Source: a virus
Taxonomy: Duplodnaviria; Caudoviricetes
IMG/VR virus record: IMGVR_UViG_3300020577_004280
Span: 1-64,000 of that record
Direction: 5' to 3' (one strand)
DNA length: 64,000 nt
Shown: in pieces, positions 10,029 through 20,127 of the stretch
How positions within the stretch are numbered: the stretch's first letter is position 1
How the letters are laid out: the number at the start of each line of letters is the position of its first letter
The notes under the pieces: model-generated
Told to the model about the DNA's origin: nothing
The model's database searches: none
The model's input: the letters and a program-made list of their open reading frames with translations, nothing else
Program-made: the position numbers and the translations under genes

Positions 10029-10746
10029 TTTAGAACAAATACAGCAAGCCGCCGCAAAATCAGATTCTTATATATCAGTGGGTAACACTCTCAATATTAA
10101 TAGAAAACAAGCGTCGGAACTATGTAAGAAATACGGTGTAGATACTTCACATTTTAAACACCGTTCTGCCGAATTTTATATCGGTGCTAAGTACGGAAAG
10201 CTAACTATTTTAAAAGTCAAAACAAAAACGATACAAAAAAGAAGCTATTGTGAGTGTTTGTGTGATTGTGGTAAAATAATAGAACTTAGAACCGACGCCG
10301 TTAAATCACTAACTACTCTTTCTTGTGGCTGTTTTCATAGAAACAAAATTAGTCTATTAGGATGCAACAATCCAGCTTATGCTGGTTTTCCAGATATTAG
10401 CGGTTCATATTTCTCTCAATTAAAAAAGTCCGCTGTTACTCGAAATATTATATTCTCGCTTTCAAAAAAATATTTACAAACTCTTTATGAAAAACAGAAT
10501 AAAAGATGTGCGTTAACAAATATACCTATTAGTTTTGGGATTAAAAACAGTAGTTGTACAGCGTCTTTAGACCGAATTGACAGTCTAAAAGGATATATAG
10601 AGGATAACGTACAATTTGTGATTAAAGATATCAATTTAATGAAAAGAGACCTAGATGAAAAATATTTTATTTATCTATGTAATTGCGTAGCGTTGGTCAA
10701 ACCAACAACAATAAACGAATCAGACATCAATATTTGGGAGCTATAA
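10018..10746 (+). CDS. putative homing endonuclease (HNH-like)
   Basis: CLCDCG and SCGC repeats, CALTNIP, ASLDRIDSLKGYIEDNVQFV.KDIN.MK. Confidence 0.75.
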   Translation: MKFNLEQIQQAAAKSDSYISVGNTLNINRKQASELCKKYGVDTSHFKHRSAEFYIGAKYGKLTILKVKTKTIQKRSYCECLCDCGKIIELRTDAVKSLTTLSCGCFHRNKISLLGCNNPAYAGFPDISGSYFSQLKKSAVTRNIIFSLSKKYLQTLYEKQNKRCALTNIPISFGIKNSSCTASLDRIDSLKGYIEDNVQFVIKDINLMKRDLDEKYFIYLCNCVALVKPTTINESDINIWEL

Positions 10747-10959
10747 AATGGAAACAAAGAAATATAAACTTGATATTAGATTGATAGGTCGTGAGACAAC
10801 AATTAGAATTGAACACAATGTATCAATTACACAATCTATCGATAATTATTTATTTGGTGAACTAAACGATAGTGTTAAATTCTGTAATTTACAGGGATTA
10901 TGGCTCAATAAAAAGAAGATTGTGAAAATTAGTAGTCAGGAAGTTAAGTAATTTTATAT

Positions 10960-11508
10960 ATGGTAATGAAAGGAACTAAAATGTACTATAAGGTTGTTAA
11001 AAAGAATTTGTGTTCGTCTTCTCCAAACTGGCATAATAAAAATCAGCAATATCAAGAAAACAAATACGTATACTGTGAAACTCCCGGAGAATATCTTTTT
11101 TGCTTTAAAACTTTAGAGACAGCGTTAAAATTCATGGGCGATTCGCCAGAATTAACAGTATATGAATGTGAAGTACAGGGTGTACACCCAGACCCAATCT
11201 CATATTTAAGTCATGTGCGGCTTGGAGGTAATTGTAATCCACAAGATATTGTGTTGGCTTATGGCGTTAAATTAATCAAGTCATCCGAATCAGAAGTCAT
11301 GCTAAGAAATGGGAGTAGATTAAACAATGGTGTTTATAACGCAATGTTAGTTCGTGGAAAGGGAATATGGGAAATCGTACATTTAGATACTGGGATTTTT
11401 GGTGTCTATAATCTATCAGAATTAAACGATTTATCTACGTTTTCTCTCTCTCAACTAAATGAAATAGCTAAGAAGCAATTATTTCGCCAGTTTACTATTC
11501 TAAAATAG
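10960..11508 (+). CDS. phage protein, YYKVV paralog family
   Basis: MYYKVV...YLFCFKTLETA...VYECE...YGVKLIK. Confidence 0.6.
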   Translation: MVMKGTKMYYKVVKKNLCSSSPNWHNKNQQYQENKYVYCETPGEYLFCFKTLETALKFMGDSPELTVYECEVQGVHPDPISYLSHVRLGGNCNPQDIVLAYGVKLIKSSESEVMLRNGSRLNNGVYNAMLVRGKGIWEIVHLDTGIFGVYNLSELNDLSTFSLSQLNEIAKKQLFRQFTILK

Positions 11509-11522
11509 AAAGATAAATAATG

Positions 11523-12605
11523 TCATATACGCTTCCATAGGAAACCGTGACTTTGTTTAGACTTACCAGATAGATTTTGCCATATACAAGAAGGGTCAAT
11601 GTTATGACATTCTGCGGCATATTTGACGCTTGGATAACTTTTAATTAGTTTGTTTGTTTTTAAATTAAATTTACCGACAGATACCCTTTTATCTTGTGGG
11701 ATTTTACCAAAAATAGTATTGTATTCACCAACATAAGCCCAAAAATATCCTCCGGCAGTAGAAGCATTAGTAACAGACTGTGTTGCGGCGTTAATAATAC
11801 TTTGTTCTGGTATATTTGTAGACAATGAGGCACCGGCTACAGATTTAAATATATGTAGAATTTTAAAAGTTTTGACATCTATTTGGTATATTCGTTTTCT
11901 ATCATTTTGAGTAAATAGTCTACGTTGTTCAACTATATTTTTTAGTTCTTGAAATTTACGAAATTTGCGTTCTAAATAAATATAAGAATCTTCATATAAC
12001 CAATTAAGAAAGGCAATGATATTATCATTACTATTTAATCTAAGATTAAAGTTATTTTTGGCGTCTTTATGACGTTTATCAATATAACAATTAAAGTCAA
12101 ATTTTGCTTTTATTAGCTTTTCTAAAGAACTACAAAATTCTAATGTAGATACGAAGCAACAAGATAGTCTAATATACCCGGATTTATGCGTGTGACTACT
12201 GATTGAACCATCACCATCAAAATAACCACGAATAAAATGTTTAATTAGTTTATACGGAACTTGTTTTTCGGTTGGAAATTTTAAAATAAAAGTTTTCTGT
12301 GGTGGACAACCCCGTTTAATCAAAGTTTCACATACGTGTTTGCTATTAATTGTTAACTTACACACATCGCTATGATTAGCTATCTTAGCTTTAGTATAAG
12401 ATAGGTGTCTATTGGTTTCTAAATATCGGTTGAACCTTTTAAGTATTTCCTCGTCTTTCTTTTGTAACGATAAATAAATATTATTAGACTTAGAATTAAA
12501 ATAGTTACACCCATCAGCATATAATAAGCCAAGAAAATATGCCTTGTCTTCCGTATCGATACTATCAAAATAGTGATGATTTAACGTAAATTTACTTTTG
12601 TACAT
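11523..12605 (-). CDS. LAGLIDADG homing endonuclease with C-terminal NUMOD1-like repeats
   Basis: AYFLGLLYADG and FIRGYFDGDGS motifs; GGYFW/HGFLWK C-terminal modules. Confidence 0.88.
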   Translation of the reverse strand: MYKSKFTLNHHYFDSIDTEDKAYFLGLLYADGCNYFNSKSNNIYLSLQKKDEEILKRFNRYLETNRHLSYTKAKIANHSDVCKLTINSKHVCETLIKRGCPPQKTFILKFPTEKQVPYKLIKHFIRGYFDGDGSISSHTHKSGYIRLSCCFVSTLEFCSSLEKLIKAKFDFNCYIDKRHKDAKNNFNLRLNSNDNIIAFLNWLYEDSYIYLERKFRKFQELKNIVEQRRLFTQNDRKRIYQIDVKTFKILHIFKSVAGASLSTNIPEQSIINAATQSVTNASTAGGYFWAYVGEYNTIFGKIPQDKRVSVGKFNLKTNKLIKSYPSVKYAAECHNIDPSCIWQNLSGKSKQSHGFLWKRI

Positions 12606-12654
12606 TACCGCTCCTATTATTATTGTAAAATGATATCACTATTACCTCATGTGT

Positions 12655-12663
12655 TTATACACG
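12655..12663 (-). promoter_or_regulatory. CGTGTATAA phage promoter-like motif
   Basis: 50 nt upstream of the minus-strand endonuclease start; same motif at 38449 and 51930. Confidence 0.55.
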
Positions 12664-12695
12664 AAAACTTCAAATTTTTATTAGAAAGACCAAAT

Positions 12696-13166
12696 ATGTT
12701 TACCTACCCTTTTGAAATGATGTCAACTAGTGTGGATGGGATAATTATCCAAGAATCCCAAGATATGACGCAAGATAAACTATTATTAATCCAACGGAAG
12801 TTTGACCCATATAAGGATATGTGGGCGTTGGTTGGTGGATTTATTGAGCAAAAAGAATTAGTTGAAGACGCCTTATTACGAGAAGTGAAAGAAGAGGTAT
12901 CGTTAGAACTCGATAGAGAAGAGATTAGCTTTTTTAAATTCGTGGATACACCCCTAAGAGACCCAAGACAACGTACAATTTCGTTTGTTTATGATGCGTA
13001 TATCACAGAAGAAAAGGCTAAAAAGGCTATTGCGGCAGATGATGCTAAGGAACTTGCTTGGTTTGATATTCGTGATATTGTTGATGGAAAGGTAAAGTTG
13101 GCGTTTGACCATGAAAAAATTCTCAACGAATATTTCAAAGAATCGGGATATCTTAATTATAATTGA
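12696..13166 (+). CDS. Nudix hydrolase (ADP-ribose pyrophosphatase-like)
   Basis: WALVGGF...ALLREVKEEVSL Nudix box, RDPR, AADDA, LAFDH; probable start MFTYPF. Confidence 0.9.
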   Translation: MFTYPFEMMSTSVDGIIIQESQDMTQDKLLLIQRKFDPYKDMWALVGGFIEQKELVEDALLREVKEEVSLELDREEISFFKFVDTPLRDPRQRTISFVYDAYITEEKAKKAIAADDAKELAWFDIRDIVDGKVKLAFDHEKILNEYFKESGYLNYN

Positions 13167-13587
13167 TGCCCAATATGGATTTATAGGATATGAACACACC
13201 AGATTGATTTATAATTTAGTTAAACACACGAAATTATTCCGAAATAAAGGATGTCATATTTGTGTAGTAGAATATGCTAATTGTGGTAAACTATTAAGTG
13301 GAATTACGAATGAATTAGTTTACTATAAAAATCAATCATTAATTACCAAATATCGTACATCGGCGGGTCCATATATTTTGAAAAATTTCTATACTCAGTT
13401 AAATCAAGTGAACTTTCATCTTATAGGTGTTAATTGGACACAGTGTTTATTTCAAACAGCTAAAGATTTAGTACAAGCTGGACAAAATGTTGTAGCATAT
13501 AGAAAAGCGTCTAATCCTAGTTATAGGAGATGTCCCAAAATTTGGGATGATTTATCTAAAAATGAAAGGTTGGTTATAAATGGCTAA
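13105..13587 (+). CDS. cysteine hydrolase (isochorismatase/nicotinamidase-like)
   Basis: IIIDAQYGF...K...GVNWTQCLFQT. Confidence 0.65.
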   Translation: MTMKKFSTNISKNRDILIIIDAQYGFIGYEHTRLIYNLVKHTKLFRNKGCHICVVEYANCGKLLSGITNELVYYKNQSLITKYRTSAGPYILKNFYTQLNQVNFHLIGVNWTQCLFQTAKDLVQAGQNVVAYRKASNPSYRRCPKIWDDLSKNERLVING

Positions 13588-14029
13588 AACATTGATTTTG
13601 ATGTGTTCTTGCTCGGGGTCAGGAAAAAGTACATTAGCAGAAAAACTCAAACATCATTATACTACAGAAGGTTATAGTGTAGTAATTTGGTCAACCGATG
13701 ACCGATTTATGGTAGAAGGTCAGTATAAATTTGACCCAGCTAAACTTGGTTTTTATCATAATAAAAATAGACAAGCTGTTGAAGATTCCATGAAGAATGG
13801 TGTTGAATACGTAATTGTCGATAATACCAATCTAACAAGGAAAGAACGTAAACCTTACATTGAACTAGCAAAAGCTAATGGATATACGGTAATGTGTATT
13901 GAACCAACAACAAGTTGGAAACATGACGCCGAAGAGTTATCGAGAAGGAATAAACATGGTGTACCACTAGAAGCTATCCAGCGTATGTTAGATAGGTACG
14001 AGCCATTTAGTAAGGAGGAATTGAATTGA
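13580..14029 (+). CDS. P-loop kinase (AAA_33 / polynucleotide kinase-like)
   Basis: SGSGKSTLA, STDD, IVDNTNL, RNKHGVP. Confidence 0.85.
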   Translation: MAKTLILMCSCSGSGKSTLAEKLKHHYTTEGYSVVIWSTDDRFMVEGQYKFDPAKLGFYHNKNRQAVEDSMKNGVEYVIVDNTNLTRKERKPYIELAKANGYTVMCIEPTTSWKHDAEELSRRNKHGVPLEAIQRMLDRYEPFSKEELN

Positions 14030-14508
14030 AAGCGTTGTGTATTATAGATGTACAAGATTATTTTATGCAACCATCTTATCCTTGGTATGATAAAGTTGTG
14101 AATAACACGCTTACTCTAATTGATAAACAAAAAAGAAAAAAACATCCGATTATTCTCGTTGAGTTTGATGACCCGGTATATGGTTCTACGATACAAGAAG
14201 TGATGGAAAAAATTGGTGATTATCCATATAATTTAGTTAGAAAGAACGACAGGTCTGGCGGATACCAAATAGAAAGTGTCGTATCTAAACTAGCTTGTCC
14301 ACGCCAAGTCATTCTAGCTGGTGTAAACTATCATCAATGTGTTGTTGCTACAGCAGAGACATTACTACGTGCTAACTTTCAAGTAGACGTATATAAAAAC
14401 GCTTCTAATCCTAAGTTTGCTACTTACGAAAAAGATAATTGGAAGAATATTAATAATCACACTGATTTAAAATTTAAATACGTAAAATCAAAGGTAAAAT
14501 CATGCTGA
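14026..14508 (+). CDS. cysteine hydrolase (isochorismatase/nicotinamidase-like)
   Basis: IIDVQDYF...K...GVNYHQCVVAT; paralog of 13105. Confidence 0.7.
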   Translation: MKALCIIDVQDYFMQPSYPWYDKVVNNTLTLIDKQKRKKHPIILVEFDDPVYGSTIQEVMEKIGDYPYNLVRKNDRSGGYQIESVVSKLACPRQVILAGVNYHQCVVATAETLLRANFQVDVYKNASNPKFATYEKDNWKNINNHTDLKFKYVKSKVKSC

Positions 14509-15599
14509 AGACTCAAGAATTCCTACGTCAGTACGATGATATAGATAAAGCTTTAGCTTCTCTGGAAGCGAAGTATGCTATCAGTAATACTTGTCATCCT
14601 ACCGATGGTCGAGTTATTCTTAATTATAGTCAGATAGATTCTCCTAAAACCCACGAGATAGTACGTGAATGTAGAGGTTTGGTATTGGATAGAAATAACA
14701 ACTGGAAGTTAGTCGCTAGAGCGTTTCCTAGATTTTTTAATTGGGAGGAAGCTGGTAAATCTACAACCGGATTATTTAAATGGAACAACTGCATATGTCA
14801 AGATAAGGAAGATGGTAGTCTGGCAATAGTTTACTTCTATAATAATGCTTGGCATTTTAATACTCGCGGTTCATTTGGTAGTGGCGAAGTCAACGGTATG
14901 GGTATTACGTGGCGTCAGCTATTTGAATTAGCGATGAAAAATACTGGATTTGATTATAGTATATTAAGTACTAATTTTACATATATATTTGAGTTATGTT
15001 CAAGATACAATAAAGTAGTTAGAGATTACCCAAACCCAATTGTATTTTTACTTAGTGTTTTCTCTGAAGAAGATGAATTAGATTGGTATGATATTAAAAC
15101 TATATACCCAGAACTAAATCCTGTTGGTGATAAATATTTTTGTGGTATTGATAGAGTAAATGAATTTCTCAAAAAACATTCAGAAACAGACCCAACATTT
15201 GAAGGTGTAGTTCTACGCGATAAGAATAATTTACGTTTTAAGGTGAAATCAATCAAGTACGTGGAGTTACACAGATTACACAATAACGGTAACTTGGCTA
15301 CACCTAAGAACTTAATTGGTTTTATCATGGGTGGCGAAGAGGATGAAATTATCGCTTATTGGCCAAATCTAGAACCAACTATTTTAGATATGAAAGCTAA
15401 GATTACCGATGCGTATACAGAATTAGAAGCGGCGTGGGAATCTCATAAAAATATTGAAAATCAGAAAGAATTCGCAGAAAAGGTCTTGACAGCGACAAAG
15501 TTTTCTGGTATGCTATTTACTGCACGCAAGACAGGTAGGTCAATTTCTGATATATGGCGGGAGTCTAAGGAAGTTATTTTGAAGAAACTATTTACTTGA
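14502..15599 (+). CDS. RNA ligase, T4 Rnl1-like
   Basis: ECRGLVL, AFPRFFN, KEDGSL, TRGSF, FEL, EGVV, FKVKS. Confidence 0.88.
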   Translation: MLKTQEFLRQYDDIDKALASLEAKYAISNTCHPTDGRVILNYSQIDSPKTHEIVRECRGLVLDRNNNWKLVARAFPRFFNWEEAGKSTTGLFKWNNCICQDKEDGSLAIVYFYNNAWHFNTRGSFGSGEVNGMGITWRQLFELAMKNTGFDYSILSTNFTYIFELCSRYNKVVRDYPNPIVFLLSVFSEEDELDWYDIKTIYPELNPVGDKYFCGIDRVNEFLKKHSETDPTFEGVVLRDKNNLRFKVKSIKYVELHRLHNNGNLATPKNLIGFIMGGEEDEIIAYWPNLEPTILDMKAKITDAYTELEAAWESHKNIENQKEFAEKVLTATKFSGMLFTARKTGRSISDIWRESKEVILKKLFT

Positions 15600-15612
15600 A
15601 AGGGTGTTATAG

Positions 15613-16545
15613 ATGTGGAATGATATTCGTAAACTAGTAAGTTCTGATAAAAACGTATTGAAATATGTCTTTGAAAAGGATGACGCTGCTGTAGAGTCAG
15701 TATTATATAAGTATCCTACATATGAAGATAGAACAGTTATTTGTTGTTCTACTCAATCTGGTTGTCCTATTGGTTGTAGGTTTTGTGGCACTGGAGAATA
15801 TTTTGTACGTAGTTTATCAGCAGAAGAAATAGTTTCACAACCAGTTCACCTACTACAAGAGACTGGTGTAGATACAAAAAATATTCAACGTCTACAAATT
15901 ATGTTTATGTCTATGGGTGAGCCTATGATGAATATTAAAAATCTCATTCAGGCCATGCGTGAACTACATAAACTGTATCCACAAGCTATGTTACTAATTA
16001 GTACGTCTGGTCCAAAGGTAGATTATACATCACTAATTGAGGTATCCAAAGAAATTCCTACAATTGGATTACAATTTAGTGTACACGAATCTACAAACGA
16101 AGCTAGAGAAAAACTAATTCCTTTCAAACAAAAACTCACGTTGGAAGAGATTGCTAATAAAGGTTGTGATTGGTTTGAAGCAACTGGTAGAACGCCATTC
16201 TTTAATTACTGTGTCCATCCTAATAATAATACTGATGATGACGTAGAACGTCTGCATAAACTATTTCATCCTAATATCTGGCAAGCTACTATTTCTGTTA
16301 TTTGTGAACGAGATGAAACTATTTCGGTAGCACATCAACGACAAAAAGATATGGCTAATGAATTTGAACAAAAGTTACAAGCTAAGAATTATAGAACCAG
16401 AGTATTTGACCCCGCTGGACAAGACGATATTGGTGGAGGATGTGGTCAATTAATTTGGATTCAAAAATGGATGAAAGAAAACCCAGAATTAGCTAGACCA
16501 ACAGCGGGATATGGTTTACCGGTAGTACATACACCACAGGCATAA
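15613..16545 (+). CDS. radical SAM RNA methyltransferase, RlmN/Cfr-like
   Basis: STQSGCPIGCRFC, MSMGEP, C-terminal GGCGQL catalytic Cys motif. Confidence 0.85.
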   Translation: MWNDIRKLVSSDKNVLKYVFEKDDAAVESVLYKYPTYEDRTVICCSTQSGCPIGCRFCGTGEYFVRSLSAEEIVSQPVHLLQETGVDTKNIQRLQIMFMSMGEPMMNIKNLIQAMRELHKLYPQAMLLISTSGPKVDYTSLIEVSKEIPTIGLQFSVHESTNEAREKLIPFKQKLTLEEIANKGCDWFEATGRTPFFNYCVHPNNNTDDDVERLHKLFHPNIWQATISVICERDETISVAHQRQKDMANEFEQKLQAKNYRTRVFDPAGQDDIGGGCGQLIWIQKWMKENPELARPTAGYGLPVVHTPQA

Positions 16546-16876
16546 AGGATATTCATCATGACATTATTTGAAATTAACTGGTTACTTGCTTCGATTGGTT
16601 GTATTCCAGTGATACTTGCTACTGGTTGGTTAAAATCGCTATTTTTGGTATGCAGTTGGGGGCATTATTATTTGAAGGAATATTTAGTGAATATAAAGCT
16701 ACGCGGGTTATATTAATAGTATGTAGTATATCCATACTTTGTACTGCAATTTATGTAAAACCAGAACGTTGTTTTCTATTGACACTTGGAATATTTATTA
16801 TATATATTGTTAATACTGTTCTAGTACATGTTGGCGTAAAACAAAATACACTTGAAAATTAATAAGAAAGATAATA

Positions 16877-19018
16877 ATGGAACTATTAGAACGTAAACGT
16901 AAAGTAACTGTTAGTGAAGAGTTGGAAACCAACGCTTTCACAATTAAGGCTTCGCCGAAAGCTTTTCGTATTCTATCTTCTGGTCTTTACTCAGATAAGA
17001 TTAAAGCGATTATACGAGAACTAAGTACAAACGCGTATGATGCTCATATTGTAAATGGTAATAAGTCACCATTTGAAGTACATCTACCAACAAAAGATGA
17101 ATCCAGTTTTTATATTCGTGATTATGGTCCTGGTATTGCTCCAGAAGATATCCTGAATATCTATACTAAGTATTTTGAATCTAATAAAACCGGAAGCAAT
17201 GATTTGGTTGGATGTTTAGGTCTAGGCTCAAAGTCACCATTTTCTTATGTTAATGACTTCGTAGTAACCTCAATTCACGACGGAGTTAAATATACATATA
17301 GTGCGTTTATTGGAGCTAATGAGTACCCATCTATCGCCAAATTAGGAGAAGAATCTACATCTGAGCCTAGTGGTCTTAAAGTAGAATTCTTGGTTAAATC
17401 TCAAGATATTAGTAATTTTGTTATGAAGGCGAAGGAAGTATACAAATATTTTACCGTATTACCTCAGTTTATTGGTTTAAAACTAAATATTGAACGACAC
17501 CAACAAGATAAAAATTTACCATCTGGACCAGACTGGTATTTTTGTAAGGAAACCAGTAAGGCGTTGGCTATTATGGGCAACGTAGCTTATCCAATTAGTC
17601 TTACAGACGCAAACTTAACTGAAGCACAAATTCAACTACTAAACTCTCCATTATGTATTAATTTTAAGATTGGTGACGTTGATATTGAGGCTTCACGTGA
17701 AGGATTAGGTTATGATAATCGTACCATTCTGAATATCAAATTAAAACTACAATCAATTATTGATAAACTTAAAACAGATATAATTGGCGCTATAGATGCT
17801 TGTGTCTGTGAATGGGATGCTATGGTATACCGTAATTCTGTAATTACCAAATTGAATAAGGCTATTGGACATTTAATTGATAATATTAGCTACAAAGGTA
17901 AACCTCTCAATTCTCAAAAGTATATTGCTCAACAGGGAGGATGGCAGTTAAGCTATCACTCATTTAAGAAGAAATATAGCTGGTCATCAGACCATATATC
18001 TCGTAGCGATAATTTCAGTTATTTATATCCAGATGCAAATTTGAAATTCTATGTGTCTGATATTAAACGTGGTTCTATCGAACGTATAAAACAGTATATG
18101 AAAGCTGAATTAGCGAACGGTAAAGAAATTGAAATATTTTTAGTTCAACCAAATGACCAGTATCCACAAGAATTTACGAATCTATGTGCAAAAATTGGAG
18201 TACCAGAAGATAGGTTTATCAAAACCAGCACACTACCAGCAGTAGTGAAAAATACACCAAGTAGAACTGGTATTAAAGGTGATACTGATACTGTATTAAA
18301 ATTTATTTATAATAGTTATGCGGCTAAATCTTGGGTGGGATTTGACCATACTAAACTACCAAAAGATGCTGTATATCTCCCAATTTCAAATTGGGCGGGT
18401 GTAGATAGAGACGGTAAAAAGATTATTGACCACGAAAAGATTAAAGAGTTAATTCAGGCTATTCAAATATTGACAGGTAACACAATTGATATATACGGAG
18501 TCAGAGCTAGAAAGGAAGAATGGCTTCAAGAAACATATGATGTGATTAATTTGTTTGATTACATTAAGAAAATGACATATTTATATAATGTGCCAGAATT
18601 ATCTAGTTTAGAGGAACTGAAATATAAATTTGACACCATACAAGGATGCCAAACAACTAGAATATTTCGTAAATTTAATTTTCCCAAAAAATACACAAAT
18701 TTTCTTAACTTGCTTGACTCTATGAAAATAAAATATTATACTAATAATAATCTCGACTTAAAAAAGTTGCAAAACGCTTGGAGATTGGTGGAATGTTATA
18801 AACAGAATCCGCCTGCTAACATTTATCATATTAATATACCTGACTCTAACTCTAACGCTGTACAGGATTTAAGACAACAGATTACTAAATTAGAATCAGA
18901 ATTAATCAAACTTAACACGCCGTTATTACTATTAGTAATCTCTCATTGTGAGAGATATCAATATGGTGGAAATAAAGATTATAAAGAACTTACAGAACTA
19001 TTAACTTACCTATCCTAA
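16877..19018 (+). CDS. rIIA: rIIA-like protein (GHKL ATPase N-terminus)
   Basis: LYSDKIKAIIRELSTNAYDAH, IRDYGPG, GCLGLGSKSPFSY, SREGL; followed by rIIB-like gene. Confidence 0.85.
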   Translation: MELLERKRKVTVSEELETNAFTIKASPKAFRILSSGLYSDKIKAIIRELSTNAYDAHIVNGNKSPFEVHLPTKDESSFYIRDYGPGIAPEDILNIYTKYFESNKTGSNDLVGCLGLGSKSPFSYVNDFVVTSIHDGVKYTYSAFIGANEYPSIAKLGEESTSEPSGLKVEFLVKSQDISNFVMKAKEVYKYFTVLPQFIGLKLNIERHQQDKNLPSGPDWYFCKETSKALAIMGNVAYPISLTDANLTEAQIQLLNSPLCINFKIGDVDIEASREGLGYDNRTILNIKLKLQSIIDKLKTDIIGAIDACVCEWDAMVYRNSVITKLNKAIGHLIDNISYKGKPLNSQKYIAQQGGWQLSYHSFKKKYSWSSDHISRSDNFSYLYPDANLKFYVSDIKRGSIERIKQYMKAELANGKEIEIFLVQPNDQYPQEFTNLCAKIGVPEDRFIKTSTLPAVVKNTPSRTGIKGDTDTVLKFIYNSYAAKSWVGFDHTKLPKDAVYLPISNWAGVDRDGKKIIDHEKIKELIQAIQILTGNTIDIYGVRARKEEWLQETYDVINLFDYIKKMTYLYNVPELSSLEELKYKFDTIQGCQTTRIFRKFNFPKKYTNFLNLLDSMKIKYYTNNNLDLKKLQNAWRLVECYKQNPPANIYHINIPDSNSNAVQDLRQQITKLESELIKLNTPLLLLVISHCERYQYGGNKDYKELTELLTYLS

Positions 19019-19039
19019 ATATAAAAGAAAGGTCTTATT

Positions 19040-20041
19040 ATGCACAGTATCCTATTAGACTCCTCATTAACCGCGATTATTAACAACACACCATATCAGG
19101 CTAATAAACAACATCCTTATTATGCTGAATTGCGTGAAGCTGTTAAAAATAAGGACGAAGCACAATTTCTAGAATATTACGACAAACGCAACACTGTACA
19201 AGCAGCAGTAGAACGTACATGTAATGAAAATGCTACTTATGTAGACGGTCAGGTTTATTATAAGGGGCAACCAGTACACGACTCTTTAGCTAATCGTGTC
19301 CAACGTTATGCTGAAGAAGGATTAGATTTCAATCCACTGCTTAAGTTCTTGGATAATTTAATGCAGAATCCAAGTTCATCTTCTGTTAATGAAGGGTTCG
19401 ATTTCCTACAACATAAGGCTCTACCAATTACAGAAGATGGCTGTTTTATTGCGTATAAAGCTGTACGCGAAAACTATCTAGATAAACATAGTGGCACTGT
19501 GAGTAATCACATTGGTGCTATTGTAGAAATGGAACGTAATAAGGTGGATGATGACCGACGTAATGAATGTTCTTATGGTTATCATGTTGGAGCGTTGGAC
19601 TATTCCGGCCCAGGTGGTTCATTCTATAATAATGGAGATAAGTGTATTATTGTCAAAGTTAATCCAAGGGATATCGTAGCGGTACCCAAAGATTATAATT
19701 GTCAAAAAATGCGTGTATGTCGATATGAGGTTATTGGTGATTATATTGCTCCTCTAAATGCTGCTTTATACACAGCTAGTGGCGACAAGGTTTCTACAAA
19801 TACATATAATCATACTGTATTTTTTGAAACATATGAAATCGAAGTTGGTGATAATATTTCCTTCCAGTATAATAAAGATGGAGAAATTACACAACGCGAT
19901 AATTGGGATGTTTGCGAAGTTGAGGATGATTTTTTCAGATGTTATAATGCCGAGATTGGTTATCGCACATATCATGTAGACGGAATGGATAATATTGTGA
20001 TTAATTCTCAATATGAAGAAGATGTAGAAAACGATTGGTAA
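19040..20041 (+). CDS. rIIB: rIIB-like protein
   Basis: FLDNLMQNPS, ITEDGCFIAYKAV, MERNKVDDDR..CSYGYHV, VKVNPRDIVAVP.DY...KMRVCRYEV. Confidence 0.88.
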   Translation: MHSILLDSSLTAIINNTPYQANKQHPYYAELREAVKNKDEAQFLEYYDKRNTVQAAVERTCNENATYVDGQVYYKGQPVHDSLANRVQRYAEEGLDFNPLLKFLDNLMQNPSSSSVNEGFDFLQHKALPITEDGCFIAYKAVRENYLDKHSGTVSNHIGAIVEMERNKVDDDRRNECSYGYHVGALDYSGPGGSFYNNGDKCIIVKVNPRDIVAVPKDYNCQKMRVCRYEVIGDYIAPLNAALYTASGDKVSTNTYNHTVFFETYEIEVGDNISFQYNKDGEITQRDNWDVCEVEDDFFRCYNAEIGYRTYHVDGMDNIVINSQYEEDVENDW

Positions 20042-20069
20042 GATAACTAATCGTAATGATTATAGTAAT

Positions 20070-20099
20070 GCCGGGGAGGATTAAATCTCCCCGGTTTTT
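20070..20099 (+). terminator. rho-independent terminator
   Basis: GCCGGGGAG-loop-CTCCCCGGT followed by a T run. Confidence 0.8.
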
Positions 20100-20127
20100 G
20101 TATGATTAGTAGTTATGAAAGGAAATC

